Assembly (NCBI GenBank): GCA_964016885.1
Contig: OZ024741.1
Span: forward strand, 74,276,001 to 74,340,000
Length of the DNA stretch: 64,000 nt
Reading direction: 5' to 3'
Source: Eledone cirrhosa
Lineage: Eukaryota
Shown here in pieces: positions 1 through 14,129 of this stretch. The translations under genes and the position numbers were made by a program. Positions within the stretch are counted from its first letter, which is position 1. The number at the start of each line of letters is the position of its first letter. Under the pieces are notes generated by a model. It worked only from the letters and a program-made list of their open reading frames with translations. It made no database searches and was not told the origin of the DNA.

Positions 1-1129
1 TAGGTCTTTCTATAATTCTGATAATTCTGTTTGTACAACTCCAGGCAGAAGTGTTACTGTTTTTTTTGGTAATATGAAGGGTGGCATTTGAACTCAAAAT
101 GCAATTAACAAAATGGCAACCCACCATCCTTAGATTGTTATGTTGTTTATTGATCCAAAAAGGATGGAAAGTAAAGTTGACCTCAGTGGGATTCGAATGC
201 AGAGAGGTGAAATAGATACCACAGAGTATTCTAGCTGACTCTTTAACAATTCTCTCAATCCATCGCTAGACTGGTACTATCAACCAATTATTACACCAGG
301 GATTGTTAGATAAACTGAGTGCAGGAAATTTTTTTTACAGGACTGGCTATATTTCATTATCGCAGAAACTGAGCACATCACAGGAATAACTGTGTCAGAG
401 TGGATTCAGGCATGGTTGAATAGTTAAGAAGTGTGCTTTGCAATCATAAGTCCTTGGATTGAATCCCAATGTGTGGCACTTTAGGCCTTATTAGCCATAG
501 TTTCATGTCAACACAAACATTGAGAGTGAAATTGAATAGATGGAAACTATTTGTAATTCAAAGGGCTATCCTTGTCACACATTGTGTCATACTGAATCTT
601 CTTCAGAATTATATTGTGAACATATATGAGGTTTATCCCAAAAGTAAGGAGACAGATGTTTTTATTTAAATGTATATTAGAAGTACAAAAAATTACAAGT
701 TATCTCCTTCAAAATACGAAACTTAGGAAGTCACAGTGGCTCTAACATTTTTTCCACTGACCATAGCCGTACCAGAAGCAATTTTCTGTGAGTGTCCTCC
801 ATTCGTCAGTTACAATGATTTGTTTGTTTTCTACAGTCCCAATTTTGTTACCATCATTATCCTTTTTATGTCTATTTTCCCATGTTTGCATGGGTTGGGC
901 AAAAAGTGGACAAAGGCACTTTGTTTCTTGAATACCATGCAAACTATGCTAATAGGAGACAAATAAAATATACTACCAATGATTTTCAATTAATTTTTAG
1001 AACAACAAAAAATTTGGAGGGATATTGAGTTGATGTTTAGACCATAGAGCAAGAAAAAGTTCTTACATGAAATTATAAAGGAAGGTTTAAAGTTAAATAT
1101 CAAAACTTAACTTGTCAGAAGGAAATCTC

Positions 1130-1860
1130 CTACATGCACTTGATACTGCTGTGCAGTAGTAATGAAAATCAGTGCTGCAAAGACGAGACACTCTTTCTCT
1201 CAAGGAAGGCTGCACAATGCACTCTATATGTAAATGGAGTTCCACTGAAGTAGGTGGAGAAGTTAAAGTATTTTGGGGCCATGTTCATGGGTGATGGAAG
1301 GCAGAAGGCTGAATTAATTGCAAGAATTGCGGGTGCTGATACAGTAATGCACCAGCCTCAACATTCGGTCATCAGAAAAAAGGAGGTAGGTGTAAAAGCC
1401 AAACTTGCTCTCTTCAATTCGGTATTCGCACCTACTCTTACCTATAATCATGAATCTCGGGTATTGATTGAAAGAATGCAATTGCAAATACAACAACCGA
1501 AATGTTCTTTGGAGTAACATTACTCAATAGAGTGCGTAGCTTGAAGATCAGAGAGTTGCTTCAGGCAGAGTCACTACTTCTCTAATTGAAAGATCACAGC
1601 TCTGATATTACAGACATGTGGTTAGAATGTCTTAGAAAAGAATCACTGGACAGATTTTACGGGCAAAACCAAGTAGCAGAAGACCTAGGGGTATGTATCC
1701 CCAAGCAAGATGGTTGGATAACATCCATGAGCTCGGCTGGTCTCACTTGGAGATCTAGCCAGATCTATTGGAGATGGTTGCTTCTGACAGGACCCACTGG
1801 AATGCATGCTTTTGGACACTGTCCCTACAACCCTCCCAGGAATAAGTGGACAAAAATGAA
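1130..1860 (+). mobile_element. Degraded RTE-type LINE 3' fragment
   Basis: Broken translation EKLKYFGAMF...PTLTYNHE...IERSQL-like. Related pieces at 13660-13950 (+) and 47580-47860 (-). Confidence 0.7.
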
Positions 1861-2489
1861 GATACCAAAGTACATAAAACTGCTGCTGGTTCTATGATAC
1901 TAAGCTATTTATTAAATTGTTTATATTTAAATATAAATCTGCTATCATCATTTTGTGTAAGAACCTTTAAGTTATGCTCCAAAGACCATCTTTTATAAGG
2001 AATAATGTAACAAAGAGTTAACACATTGTAGCATGGAAAGCAAAATTGATTATATTTGTGTAAAGAAAAAAAACTATTTTTCCTTTTTAGACCATAGCTT
2101 GATTGCTGCAAATATTGGATGTCAATTATGTTCATTTAAGTTTTGCAAATATAGTTTATTTATTGTAATCTTTTGTACAAAATTGGCCAAAATTGATCTC
2201 AAAATTGTTTTTTTTTCTTGAGATAATCAATAATGTGTCCAATATTATTAAATTTCCAAGAAAATCAAAAATAATTAATTTTGACACTTGCCCTATGATC
2301 TATTATTGCCACTCAGGCTACAAGTAAGTGTCTACTAAACTGCTTGAAACCATTCTTTGTTTTATGATTAACAGAAAAACAACACTAGTTTTAAAGTTTT
2401 GATATTTAACTTTAAACCTTCCTTTATAATTTCATGTAAGAACATTTTGTACACAAATTTCAGCTAACTGATCCTTCACCCACCAGTCT

Positions 2490-2770
2490 TAACCCAAACT
2501 GGCTGTGCATGTCAATCCTATCCATGAAGATTATGAACAGGCAAGGTGACAGTGCATGTCCTTAGTGGAGTCCAATACCCACATTGAATGGTTTTGTCAT
2601 AGCACCATTTATCCAAACACAAATACTAGGGCATTCCTATAGAGACATCAGGGCAACAAGAAGCTGTCTATCGATTCCATATTCCATGGCCTTTTCAAGG
2701 TCTATAAAACAAGCATACACCTTTTGCCAATAATCCTTCGATTTCTCAAAAACCTGCTGCAGAGCTGTTC
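2490..2770 (-). mobile_element. LINE RT relic
   Basis: Minus strand reads CFIDLEKA...VGLH*GHALSPCLFIIFMDRI, i.e. RT motifs 3-4 with stops. Confidence 0.6.
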
Positions 2771-5700
2771 TGCTAGAGAACGGGTTGCAGGTGGTGGATA
2801 GTGATACAGCCATCAGACATGATGGTTAGTTGCAATATAAGCAGACTCCTGTTGGAGGAATAAACCCAGGACCAACAACGGTAAACTACTAGGGAGAAGG
2901 AGCAATTGGTGACACTGTTAGCTCCCAATAAAACTCCCACACCCCAGTGATGTAGCTACAATGAGGCGAGTAAAGGCCACCTCTAAAAAAGCTTAGTCTT
3001 TGCAGGTCTGAGAAAAGTATCAAATTTGCAACAGGCACAAATGAGACCACCAAAGCACTGAAATATGGTGCTTTAGTATCAAAAGGGTTAATTTGTTTGC
3101 AGGAATTTTTTTATTTTAAGCTAGGTATCATTAAAATGTAACCAGTGTTTGTTTATGTCAGAATATGAAGGTTACATTGAATGCTAGAAATCTTGATATC
3201 ATTTCATCTATAGTCCTTTACTGGTTTCAGTCATTTGACTGTGGCCAGCCTTAAAGCAATTTAGTCCATTATATTGATCCCACCACTTATTCAAGTCTGA
3301 TACTTGTTTTATTAATTTCTTTTTGTTAAATCACAAATTATGTTACAGGACATAAATAAGGAGTAAGCATAAACACAAACTCAAACAAACACACATATAT
3401 ATAATGGGTTTCTTCATAGTTTCCATCTACCAATTTTCACTCACAAGGCATTGATCAACCCAAACCCAAGACTACAGCATAAGATATTTGCCCAATGTGC
3501 CATGCACTGATACTGGACCCAAAAGCACGTGATTGTGAGGCAAACTCCTTATACACACAGCCATTAGATTACAAAACTGGTAGAGTGTTCCAGATATATT
3601 TGGCTGTCTATCAATCTCTCTCTCCAATTAATCTTTCTTCCCTCATGTTCTGGCTCTCTTCCCACCTAGTAGAGAAAAAAAATATGAAGGGAAGAGGGGA
3701 TCCTCTTTAATCATGGTGGTGAGGAATAGTGCTGTTAAATGAATAAACAGAGATACCATGGGGTAGAGAGGATTGTTTAATTTGACTGAGGAACAAGTCA
3801 ACTTCTCTAGTGAATACTCTATAACATAGTTGGTGAGAGGAAGTGCATTCAATCATAGAAATAACAATGCACATATAAGACATGGTTCCAAACTCAAATA
3901 ATGTGTGAGTTAGATTGCATCCAACCAATGTTAGCATGGAAATATAGACAAAATAATGATTTTTTGAAACATCGCTCAAATATGACCACACACTCTGTTA
4001 CCGAACATCCAATGTCACAAAAACAGCTCTGCCTGGATGCAATAAGGGTTAAATATGCTATGTAATCTTTAGCATATTCTGCATTAGTCTATCAAAAGGA
4101 TTCAAGATCATAACTATAGAATGTCTTCTTTAGCTTCTTTTAATCCCTATGGAGCATTGGATGATGAAGAAATTCTATCCCACATAGTCACAAGCCCTAT
4201 CATGGATCTGCTCTGACCTGTGGTCAGGTTCACATCTGTCTGGTCTTCCCCAACAAACCTCAATGAGGTCTTGATAGTTCTGCCTTCCTTTCTATGTCCC
4301 TTTCATCATGTGGCCATACTAAGTCGTGAACTCCTAAGTATGGTCCTAAGGCAACACCCATGGAAGATATTTGCAGTTCTATAGAAGAACATACAAGGTG
4401 GCAGTTTCGATGTTTTGATTGCTGCCATTGAGAAACTGCAGTGATATTGATACTAGCAGAGAATTATAGCAAGGAAATAGCTAACTGAATAATAATGAGG
4501 TTGACCCAAGCCTTGTGAGTGAAATTGGATAAACAGAAACTGTGCAGAGAAGGCCTTTGGATGGATTACAACTGTAATTCAAAGCTTTGGTGATTGTTTT
4601 AAATACTGACATACACACAAGTAGAAAATGGTTAGTGCAACAAAGTTTCGGCTTGTGTGTAGGCGAGTGGAAAACGATATTAAATTTGGCATTGTTTAAA
4701 AATCAATGTTTTCATTGTTACTGTTCAGTATTAATGGTCTTTCATCCAACACATGTGATGAATTAAGATCTAAAGCCAAGCTAAATAGAAACTTCAAAAG
4801 GGGAAGATCAAAACAACTAAGGTATTTTATCTGTGTGCATATATATATATAATGTGTGTATGTACATACAAATATATATATAATGTGTGTATGTACATAT
4901 AAATAAATAAATATATATATACACTATATATATACATTTATTTAATTTCTATTTTACATCATGATTTTGTGAACAATAGTGTTTCCAATGGACCAATCAG
5001 TTTCACTGAATTTCTGATGGTGGGAGTGTCATGGGTGTGTCTGTGTAACACACACAGAATAAATACTTCAAGGTATGTTTGTTTCAATGCAGCAGTTTAT
5101 TGGTTTCCTTACTACATTCATACATAGACACATACATGATATAGGCAAATCAAGTAGGAGGGGATTTAATGGATCATGGTTACACACATACAAAAATTCA
5201 TAATGAATTGAAATTTTCTTCTTAGTTAATAAAGATTATATATCAAAGGTGAAATATTGGCTGTGTATTTAAAGAGTTCACTTCACAACCACATTGTACT
5301 GGGTTCAGTTCTCATGGCTGTGTATTTAAAGTGTTCACTTCACAACTACATTGTACTGGGTTCAGTTCCAATTGTTTTATAATATGACTTTATATTGACC
5401 AATATCTTGTGGAATGTCATAGATGGAAACCACAAATTCCTCTTGTATATGTGTGTCAATGTTTATGTTTAATAGGATAGCATTTTGACAAAAAGATATC
5501 AATAAAGTACCAGACATGAAAAAAATAATTACTAGGGTTGTTATACTTAATTAAATCAAGGCAGTGCCCCAGCACTGAAAGAATTTATAGTTTTTAAATA
5601 AGATACAAGGCTAGCAATTTTGGGGGAAGGGAAAATTGATTACATTATTTTCTGTACAAGAATGGTATGGTACTTTATTTTATCAACAAATCTGATAATT

Positions 5701-8243
5701 TGCTGCATCATATACATCATCATCATCAGTTTAATGTCTATTTTTCCATGCTTGTATGGGTTAGATGGGTCGTAACATTATGAGACAAATCAGGTCATGT
5801 CACCACATCTTGCTCATATGAATCTGTATTTTGCCTTGGTTTCTACAGCTGGATGCATCTAACAGAGTGGACTTTTTGCTTTTTCTTTGTCACCAGCACT
5901 ACCATTTTACAGGCTGGACTGGGTTCTTTTTTTGTGTCAGTAATTCATGTGTGTGTATGTGTGCATGTGTGCATAGTCAACTTTTCCTTCCCCCAAAATT
6001 GCTGGTCTTGTGCCTAAATTAAAAACCATATATTTTTTAAAATTTCAATCACACACAGACACACACATACAAATAGACAAAGCACTATCTCAAAGTTGAA
6101 CATCCACCTCCTCCCCATTATATACACACACAAAACTTCACCACAAAAAAAAGTACAGAACCATAACTAATATCAATTACACAGCAACACATACACATAC
6201 AAAAAACAAACCACAACAAATAATAAACGCAATTCAAAGAAAACCATAACATATACTGCCTTTCCATGACTGATCACCTATCAACTAAGAGGCAATAAAA
6301 AAAATCCACTTCCAATTAATAATTCACTGAACCTTATCACAGTAACATGTGTGTGTGGGCCTGTGTGTGTTGGATGTCTGTGGGTTTGGGCAATGAATGT
6401 TCCAGTGGTTCGATCAATGGAACAGCTTGGATACAAAATTATCATTTTAGTGGGTTAGTTTTCCATAGATATGTCTACCCTTAATGTAGTTCCTGCATGC
6501 CACAGTGTGTGATAAGGCTGGCTTGTAATGCAAATTACAGTTGCATCGAATTTTCTCCAGCTGAAGACTGTGAAATAAATTATCTTGCCCAAGGACAAAA
6601 CGCACTATGAAGAATCAAACTTACAACCTTACAGCCTTGAGTCAGACACCTTAACAAAAAGAGATAGCTAAAATAAGTACTAGACTTTAAAAAAAAATAA
6701 GCATTGGGGTTGATATGAACAAAATCCCTTCAAGGCAGTAGCCTAGCATGGCCGCAGTCTAATGATTGAAACCAGTAAAAAAGCAACAAAAAAAACAAAC
6801 AATAAAAGAAATGTGTAAAATGAGAGATACTATTAAAGAAGAAAAATCAAACAATAAAACTCAAAACAAACCAAAAAATGAAGAGAAATAAAGCAGATGT
6901 GAAACATCTGCTTTTTGTATACAAAAAACAACAAAAACACAAACAACAACAACAGAAATAAAGAATTTCTCAAAGAGAAAAACAAAAACAGGTAAAGACA
7001 CAGATATCGAAATATTTAACATACTGTTTATTAATTTATGACATATCGATGTAAGAGATGAAAGAGTTTCAGTTCTATTGCGTAAGTCTTATCAGACACA
7101 CTTGAAAAAATATCTGTGTATTGTGGTTGTTTTCTGTTAAATCATTATATTTTGGTAACACTAGCTTTGTTTTTCATCTAAGTTGTTTATGTAATGAGGA
7201 GAGAAAAAAATCTTTCTCTTTGATTATGTTTACTTTATTTCTAGTATATATAGAATTTATAGAATTCAGTCAATTAATTATTAATGATTCTTGGCATGTT
7301 TTTCTCTTTTTCGAGATTTTGAGATAAATATAATTATCAACAAGACAGCAACACAGGTTTTAAAGTAATTTTATCTGCAAAAGTAGGAGGTTAGCCTTGT
7401 AAGGCCCAATGACTAGCTTCATACTGACCATGGGGGTCTTTTTAAGCACTGCTTTATGTGTTATAGCCAAATTCTCTTCCTGGCACCATTCATTTTAGTT
7501 GTCTCTTATGACAAGCTCGAATAAGTGAACTTATTCTAAACTGGATATGCACAGTGTATTGTTTATGTGGGTATAATAGTGACAATAGTAATAATAATTA
7601 TTATTAATATATATATGAAGACAGTGGATTGGCAGTATCACTAGTGTCAGACAACATGCTTTGCGGCATGTTATGTCCCTTTATGTTCTAAGTTCAAATC
7701 CTACTGAGGTAAGCTTTGTTTCTTCATCCTTACAGGGTCAGTAAAATAAAGTACCAGTAATGCACTGGGGTCAATATAATCAACTTTCCTCTTCCCTTCA
7801 AATACAACTTCATGTACTAACACCCCTCCCTTCGTCATGTCACCTCCTTGCACCTCCAATGTTCTAACACTCCATACATGCCTTAACACCCTGCTCCTCA
7901 CACATGTCCCTAGATCTAACCCCCCCCCGTGCCACACTGTAAAGGGGTGATGATGGTGACACAACAAAAAGTGCCTAGCCCACACTGTAAATTGGTCGTG
8001 TAGGTGACATGACAAGAAGCGCCCAGCCCACACTGTAATGTGGTCGTGATGGTGACAGGGGAAAAAGCGCTCAGCCCACACTGTAAATATGGTTGGTGTT
8101 AGGAAGGGTATCCAGCTGTAGAAACCAAGCCAAAATCAGTTCTGTATGAGCAAGACATGGCCATCTGACCTGGCTTTTCTCACAATGGGGCAACTCATGT
8201 AACGCATGCTAGCATTGAAAAATGTACATTAAACGGTGATGAC

Positions 8244-8277
<34 letters not shown>

Positions 8278-8307
8278 GGAGATCAATAAATAAATGTAAG
8301 TAAATAC

Positions 8308-8370
8308 CTCTATTTGTATGTTGTCCACAAGCCCTTTCATACTGCGTTTTAGCATGTCGCGACCTCCAGC
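8308..8370 (-). CDS. DGKZ: DGK exon: accessory domain
   Basis: Acceptor cttttgtctag, donor gtattt; 63 nt (phase 0 to 0). Encodes AGGRDMLKRSMKGLVDNIQIE, matching the position of the GGKDL...LE segment in invertebrate type IV DGKs. Confidence 0.85.
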
Positions 8371-9002
8371 CTAGACAAAAGAAATGTTTATAATGGAGTC
8401 AAAAATAATATGCATATAATGGTGGCTAAAAAAGATTTTGAAAATAGTGTTTTGTTTGAAAGCTAATAATACAATGTGAATTGTGGCAGCTTTCAAACAT
8501 CACTCTATTTTCTACACTTCACACATTGCTTCAAGAAAAGTACACCACCCTCTTTAAAAATTACCAACAAAATAAATGATATTTTATAAAAGTTGATATC
8601 ACTTAGTTTGGTTATTTTAAAGTTAGCAAAATTAAATTGGTTAAGAATGACTAATGAAAATTATGGTTGACTATGAAGGTTGATTTAATTGGTTAATACA
8701 GCCACAACATTTCCTGTGAGGAGCAGCAACCTCAAGTTTTATTAAATTTGACAGCAATGCAAGTTGATTGAAGAAAGAACTGCTTAAAGTTCATGAATGG
8801 TGCTAGAAACAGCAGCCTATCTCCCTCAAAACAAATCTTATCATCTTATAGAATGATAAGACATTATACAGTGTGTTTCTACACATCCTTTAAAAAGGCA
8901 GGGTGGTCATGGCTGGAATACCCATGATCATAAAATTACTTGATCAGAATTGACTTGTTAAATAACAATAGCAACAACAACGCATAAAAAAATGCCACTT
9001 AC

Positions 9003-9058
9003 CCCAGCATAAAACATTTTATTTCTGAATCTACTATTAAATTTTTCTGGGTTAGCTT
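9003..9058 (-). CDS. DGKZ: DGK exon: accessory domain
   Basis: Acceptor catttccag, donor gtaagt; 56 nt (phase 1 to 0). Encodes (E)[18 protein letters not shown]. Confidence 0.95.
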
Positions 9059-9095
9059 CTGGAAATGAAAAGAATAAAAATACAAAAAAGTCATA

Positions 9096-9400
9096 GATAT
9101 ATTATGTCTGAAAATAGTCTTGGATATAATATGTCTGAAAATAGTTCTGGATGTAATATGTCTGAAAATAGTCCTAGATATACTGTGTCTGAAAATAGTT
9201 CTGGGTATCATAGTTCTCAATATACTATGTCTGAAAATAGTTCTGGATATAATATGTTTGAGAAAATAGTTCTGGATATAATACATTTGAAAATAGTTCT
9301 GGATATGATATGACTGAAAATACTCCTAGATATACTATGTCTGAAAATAGTCCTATATATACTATGTCTGAAAATAGTTCTGGATATAATAGACTGAAAA
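9096..9400. repeat. 27-bp minisatellite, about 11 copies
   Basis: Unit about GATATAATATGTCTGAAAATAGTTCTG, with one truncated unit and one 29-bp unit. Confidence 0.95.
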
Positions 9401-10487
9401 TCAAAAGGGCAGCACAATCATATTGGGAATGCCTTTCATCCTAAGTCTTCTTATTTTAAAGGCTAACACAGGGCTGTATATTAACTCATCGTTATTCATC
9501 TTAACCCTTCTGATATTCAAACATTTGTAACAGTCCCTGGTTCTACAATATGAAAGTGTCTGTTTTAACCTATTTGTCACCATATTTTTAATAATAGTAC
9601 ACTGTATTTCAATTAATTAATGAAAAAGTGGTGTTTTTTTTTTAGAGAGCTACATAATTAAATGTAGTGCTCCCTGCTGCCACCACCAACACCACCAAAT
9701 CAAAAACTCCTATTTTTTACTTTTTCCACAATGTTTAATGCAAACTACAACAACCTGTAATTAATGAGTAATTTTTAGGTACTATCTAAAATTATTCATT
9801 ATTAAGATAGTATTTGTAATATAACAAAAAGCTTTTATATAACATTTTGTATGAAGGTTTTAATTTAATTAGGAACCCTTTAAAATGGCTGGTTTTGTTT
9901 CATAGAACCAGAACAAAGTTTTGACTTGGTTAACATGTTTATACGTAGCTACACACCTTCCATCATAATTTTATGTAAGAACTTTTGTTATGTTCCAAAC
10001 ACCAGCTTAATAATAAGAAAGTTAGTTATTTTACTAGAGCCCTTCAAATTATTATTATTTGAAAATCATAGGCAGTATATTTCATAAAAAAATATGGTAA
10101 CAAAAATGTATATATCAGAGAAGTTCTTCAAATGTCAAATAAAAAGAAGAAAAAATTAAACTTATAATTTAATTTAAACTTGATATGTATTAGATATCTG
10201 ATAGAGAATTCGAAAGAAATGAGCAACTATATTTTAGAAACACAGTTAACCTTTATTAAAACAGGGTTTAAACTTGCATGAACCACAAGACAAGCTTTTC
10301 CATTTTTCTTTATTTGTGGCAGACCCTCTCACTAACCTCTGGGTTTTTAATTCCCCCTCCACTATCTTTAGTCATGTCATCCCCTTCCTCTACTTCATTC
10401 CCACCACTCATTTCACCTAGTCACTTTCATCCTTCCTCATAACAGGCTCCAACCATATCATTCTATTTCTCTTCACAACATTCTTTA

Positions 10488-10676
10488 TAATTGTTCTACT
10501 TTTGGCACAAGGCCAGCAATTACCCAGTGCATTACTGGTACTTTATTTTATCGACCCTGTAAAGATGAAAGGCTAAGTTAACCTCAGCGGGATTTGAACT
10601 CAGAATGGTAAGGGCCGTAACTCTATGCGTCAAATCATGGCGTCCGACCCTCTACTGATACTGTCAATCCACCAGC
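10488..10676 (-). mobile_element. tRNA-derived SINE (family A)
   Basis: B-box GAGTTCAAATCCC and shared body ...GTCGATAAAATAAAGTACCAG...TTGTGCCAAAAGTAGAA. Further copies at about 11027-11200(-), 22400-22600(+), 24967-25190(+), 39046-39232(-), 39860-40068(-). Confidence 0.85.
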
Positions 10677-12028
10677 AAATTATTATGTATGGTTTTGATG
10701 ATGAGCACTTAGTCATTGGATAAACCAAACATCTAAGTGGTTGAGTATTCCACAGACATGTATACTTAACATAATTCTCAGGCAGAATCAATGTGATAAA
10801 ATATGTAACTAGGCTAGCCCTTTGAATTACTGGTACAATTCTTTGGATAGGCTCCCAAACACTTTCATTCGACTCAACTTAACTCACAAATCTTGGGCTG
10901 GCCTAAGGCTATGGTAAAAACACTTGCCCAAGATGCCATACAATTTGATTGAAAGTAGCATTTCATGTTTGCAAAGCAAGCTTCTTAATCACTCAGCCAT
11001 GCTTGTGTTAATATTATATGTTATATAATTGTTTCTACTTTTGGCACAAGGCCAGCAATTATCCCAGTGTGTTACTGGTGCTTTATTTTATCGACCCTGT
11101 AAGGATGAAAGGCAAAGTTAACCTCAGCAGGATTTGAACTCAGACCATAAAGGGCCGTAACTCTTTGCTATAAAGCATGGCGTCAGACCCTCTACCGGAC
11201 ATCAATAATGATGGCAATAGCATTGAACATATCTAATTTTTAGAGTCCAAAATTGGTATATCATATATACCAGGATTACCAGATATATGAACAATCATAC
11301 AAACTGGGAAATTTGCATTTTGTTAAATTAATAGTTTACACAAGAGAAACCCTATAGTTTCTGCTGATTGCTAACATGAGGAAGTGATTGAAGAGAAAAA
11401 TTATATTTTGATAATTTATTTCTACATAAATGTTCAGTATAATGACATACAGGATTAAATGTATGAGTAACTTTGGGAAAATAACTATTTACTGGGACAA
11501 AGATAGGGTTAGAACCCAAGGCATTGTGATTGGAAAGTGAACTTATTGAAATAGGAAATACATTGTCTGTGAGTAAATTCTAGTGAGTTACAGATGAGAT
11601 ATATATAAATATATAAAAACACATAGCATATTATTATGGTTGATAGGCAAAAGAAATAACAAAAGATAAATAATCTTCATCATCATTTATTGTTTAGCAT
11701 CTGTTTTCCCTGTTAGCAAGAATTGGATGTGTTGCTATAGACTGGTCAGTACTCAAGCAGAGCTACTGACCGTCAGGTAGGCTGTGGGCTCAACATATGT
11801 TACTGTGTTCTAGCAAGTGCATTTTATCATGGCATCAACACTAGGGAAGTTATCATGTCCTTGACACAGCTGAAGAGTTCACCCTTTGTTTGGCAAGTTT
11901 TCTATTGCTGGATGCCCTTCCTATCATCAATGACTTTACAGGGTATACTGGGTGTGTTTATCATGTAGATAACCAACAATAGGTATAAGAGATATTTTTA
12001 ATGAAATAAAAAATAAGCAATGTCCTAC

Positions 12029-12177
12029 CTCGTGACTCATGGAATTCTAAGGCAACATGGGCATCAGCACCAAGGCTGAAGTAATTGTTGAAAACATCCA
12101 ACGGTAGTCTGTCAGCAGCACCCTCATCAAGTGGGTCTGGTTCTGCATCTTCTTTTAGAATTACTTCAAGATTCCAG
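12029..12177 (-). CDS. DGKZ: DGK exon: start of accessory domain
   Basis: Acceptor ttgttgtag, donor gtagga; 149 nt (phase 2 to 1). Encodes [49 protein letters not shown]. Confidence 0.95.
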
Positions 12178-14129
12178 CTACAACAAAAACAACAAGTATT
12201 TAAACCCTTTTGATACAAAAACAACATGAAACCACTGCTGGTTCTATGACACAGCACAAGCCTAAATTATTTATCTAAATTATATTTATTTACCATCCAT
12301 CATAATGTTATGTAAAACTGCGTTTAGGTTATGCTTCAAATGCCAGCTAAATAGTGTCAAAGTTAACCTTTTTGAAACCAAACCACCTGAAACCATTCAT
12401 GGTTCTATGATATAAATCTTTATTTTAAAGTGTTTCTATTTATTTAAAAACCTTCCACTATAACTTTATGTAAGAATCTTTGTTATGTTATGTTCCAAGC
12501 AGCAGCTTGATTATGAGAAAATTAGTTATATCACTAAATCCTTCCAAATTATTGATATTTGAAAATCATGGGGGCCAGTGTCTATTATAAGAAATATGGT
12601 AAGCTAAATGATGTACTTAGTCTATCACTAAAGAACTGGATCAATCTCTGGGCTTCTGCACAGTTTCTATTGTAGTTGTGAATGAACTTCTGAACCACAC
12701 AGCCATATTGTAGAGTAATCTTGATCAGCTATGCTTGTGCAAACTTATGATGATGATGAAACTTCATTGGTTACAATGATGAGCATTTAGTTGTTCACTC
12801 AGCTGGAAGTCTGACTCATGAATTAACGAGTAAATGGTTCAGTATTCCACAGAGGTGCATCCTTCATGAAATTCACAGGCAAAATCTGAGTGACATAGGA
12901 TATGACAAGGTTGGATGTTTGAATTACAGGTACAATTCATCCAGTGGGCTTCTTAACAATTTTTGTCAACCTAATTTAACTCGCAGTACTTGGGGGTTGA
13001 CCCAGGACTATGGTAAAGACATTTTACCAAGATGCAATTCTACAGGAATGAACTTGGGACCTCATGATTGCCAAACACACTTTATATCCACACAGCTGTG
13101 TAGTACAGCAGTAACAACAAAATTCCTCACAGTGACTATTAACTCTTAATATCTTGCAAAGATTTATCAGAAAATATCCAGAAACAGGTTTGTTAATTCA
13201 AATGTTTATAGTAGCTTTATTTGTGAACAGATTATTGTGAAAATTTGCAGTGATAGGTAAATGTTCTCATTTTTTATGTGAGGCAGTTATAGTGCTGTTT
13301 TGTAGTTTTAAAGAAAGTTTTGCTAACGCAGTTTCGTGCAGTACTAAGAGTTTAGTCATTTTAGATGTTAGATAATCTCATATCTTAATGCTAAATATCT
13401 TACTTCAGAAAATGAAAACAAAATTTTTTAAATAATTACATATTTAATAACAGCATCAAATTGGAAATGTTATCATATAAACATTACTGTAATAAATAAT
13501 TTCACAAAGCAAAATGTTAATTGTAAAGCGTTCATGTACACTGATGACCTGAAGATAAATTATTCTCTTCTGACAATGGCAAATATAATTGATGTGATGT
13601 AGAGACTGCCTTCAGACGAAAGAATCTACCATGATGCAATTGAAAATATATATATAAAGTAACATCCACTACTTCTCCGAATTGAGAGATCACAGCACCG
13701 ATACAATAGGCATGTGGTTAGAATGTTTCAGGAAAAATTCACTGGAAAGATTTTATGAGCAAAACCAACCAGCAGCAGACTCGGGGCTAGACCCTGTGCA
13801 AGATGGATAACATCCATGAGCTCAGATGATCTTGTTTAGGGATCCAGCTGGATCAATTAGAGACGGATGCTTCTGATAGGATCTGTTGAAAGGTGTGCTT
13901 GAGGACTCTACTCCAACAAACCTCCCAGGAATAATTGGTTGAAAAGAAAACATATGTGAGTCATGGGTATTAACAAAAACCCTTACAAAGAAGATCAATG
14001 GCACATACACATGAATGCTAAGGATAGTCCAGAACATATAGAAATCAGATGTAACAAATAAATCACACTATGGGTCACATCCTCCCCTTTCTGACATTAT
14101 AAAGCAATGGGGATTGCATTAGTTAGTCA

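Noticed and set aside
770-815. Minus-strand CTGACGA...GAAA motif
   Set aside because: No convincing stem I or stem III.
5258-5370. 57-bp tandem duplication
   Set aside because: Local duplication of a decayed SINE head; no further significance seen.
6257-6284. Possible DGK microexon (LIGDQSWKG) after a good pyrimidine tract
   Set aside because: 28 nt breaks the frame, the donor is weak, and there is no clear DGK homology.
7000-7100. Candidate for the next DGK exon (expected CDG...FLNIP)
   Set aside because: In-frame stops follow the acceptor and similarity is poor; the next exon was not found in 1-8300 and may lie outside the window.
9096-9400. CRISPR-like array or repetitive protein ORFs (8999-9417)
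   Set aside because: Head-to-tail units with no unique spacers; the ORFs are by-products of a 27-bp period.
13541-13635. CTGATGA...GAAA hammerhead-like motif
   Set aside because: Stem I does not pair next to the core; the region reads MYTDDLKI, better explained as an RT relic.
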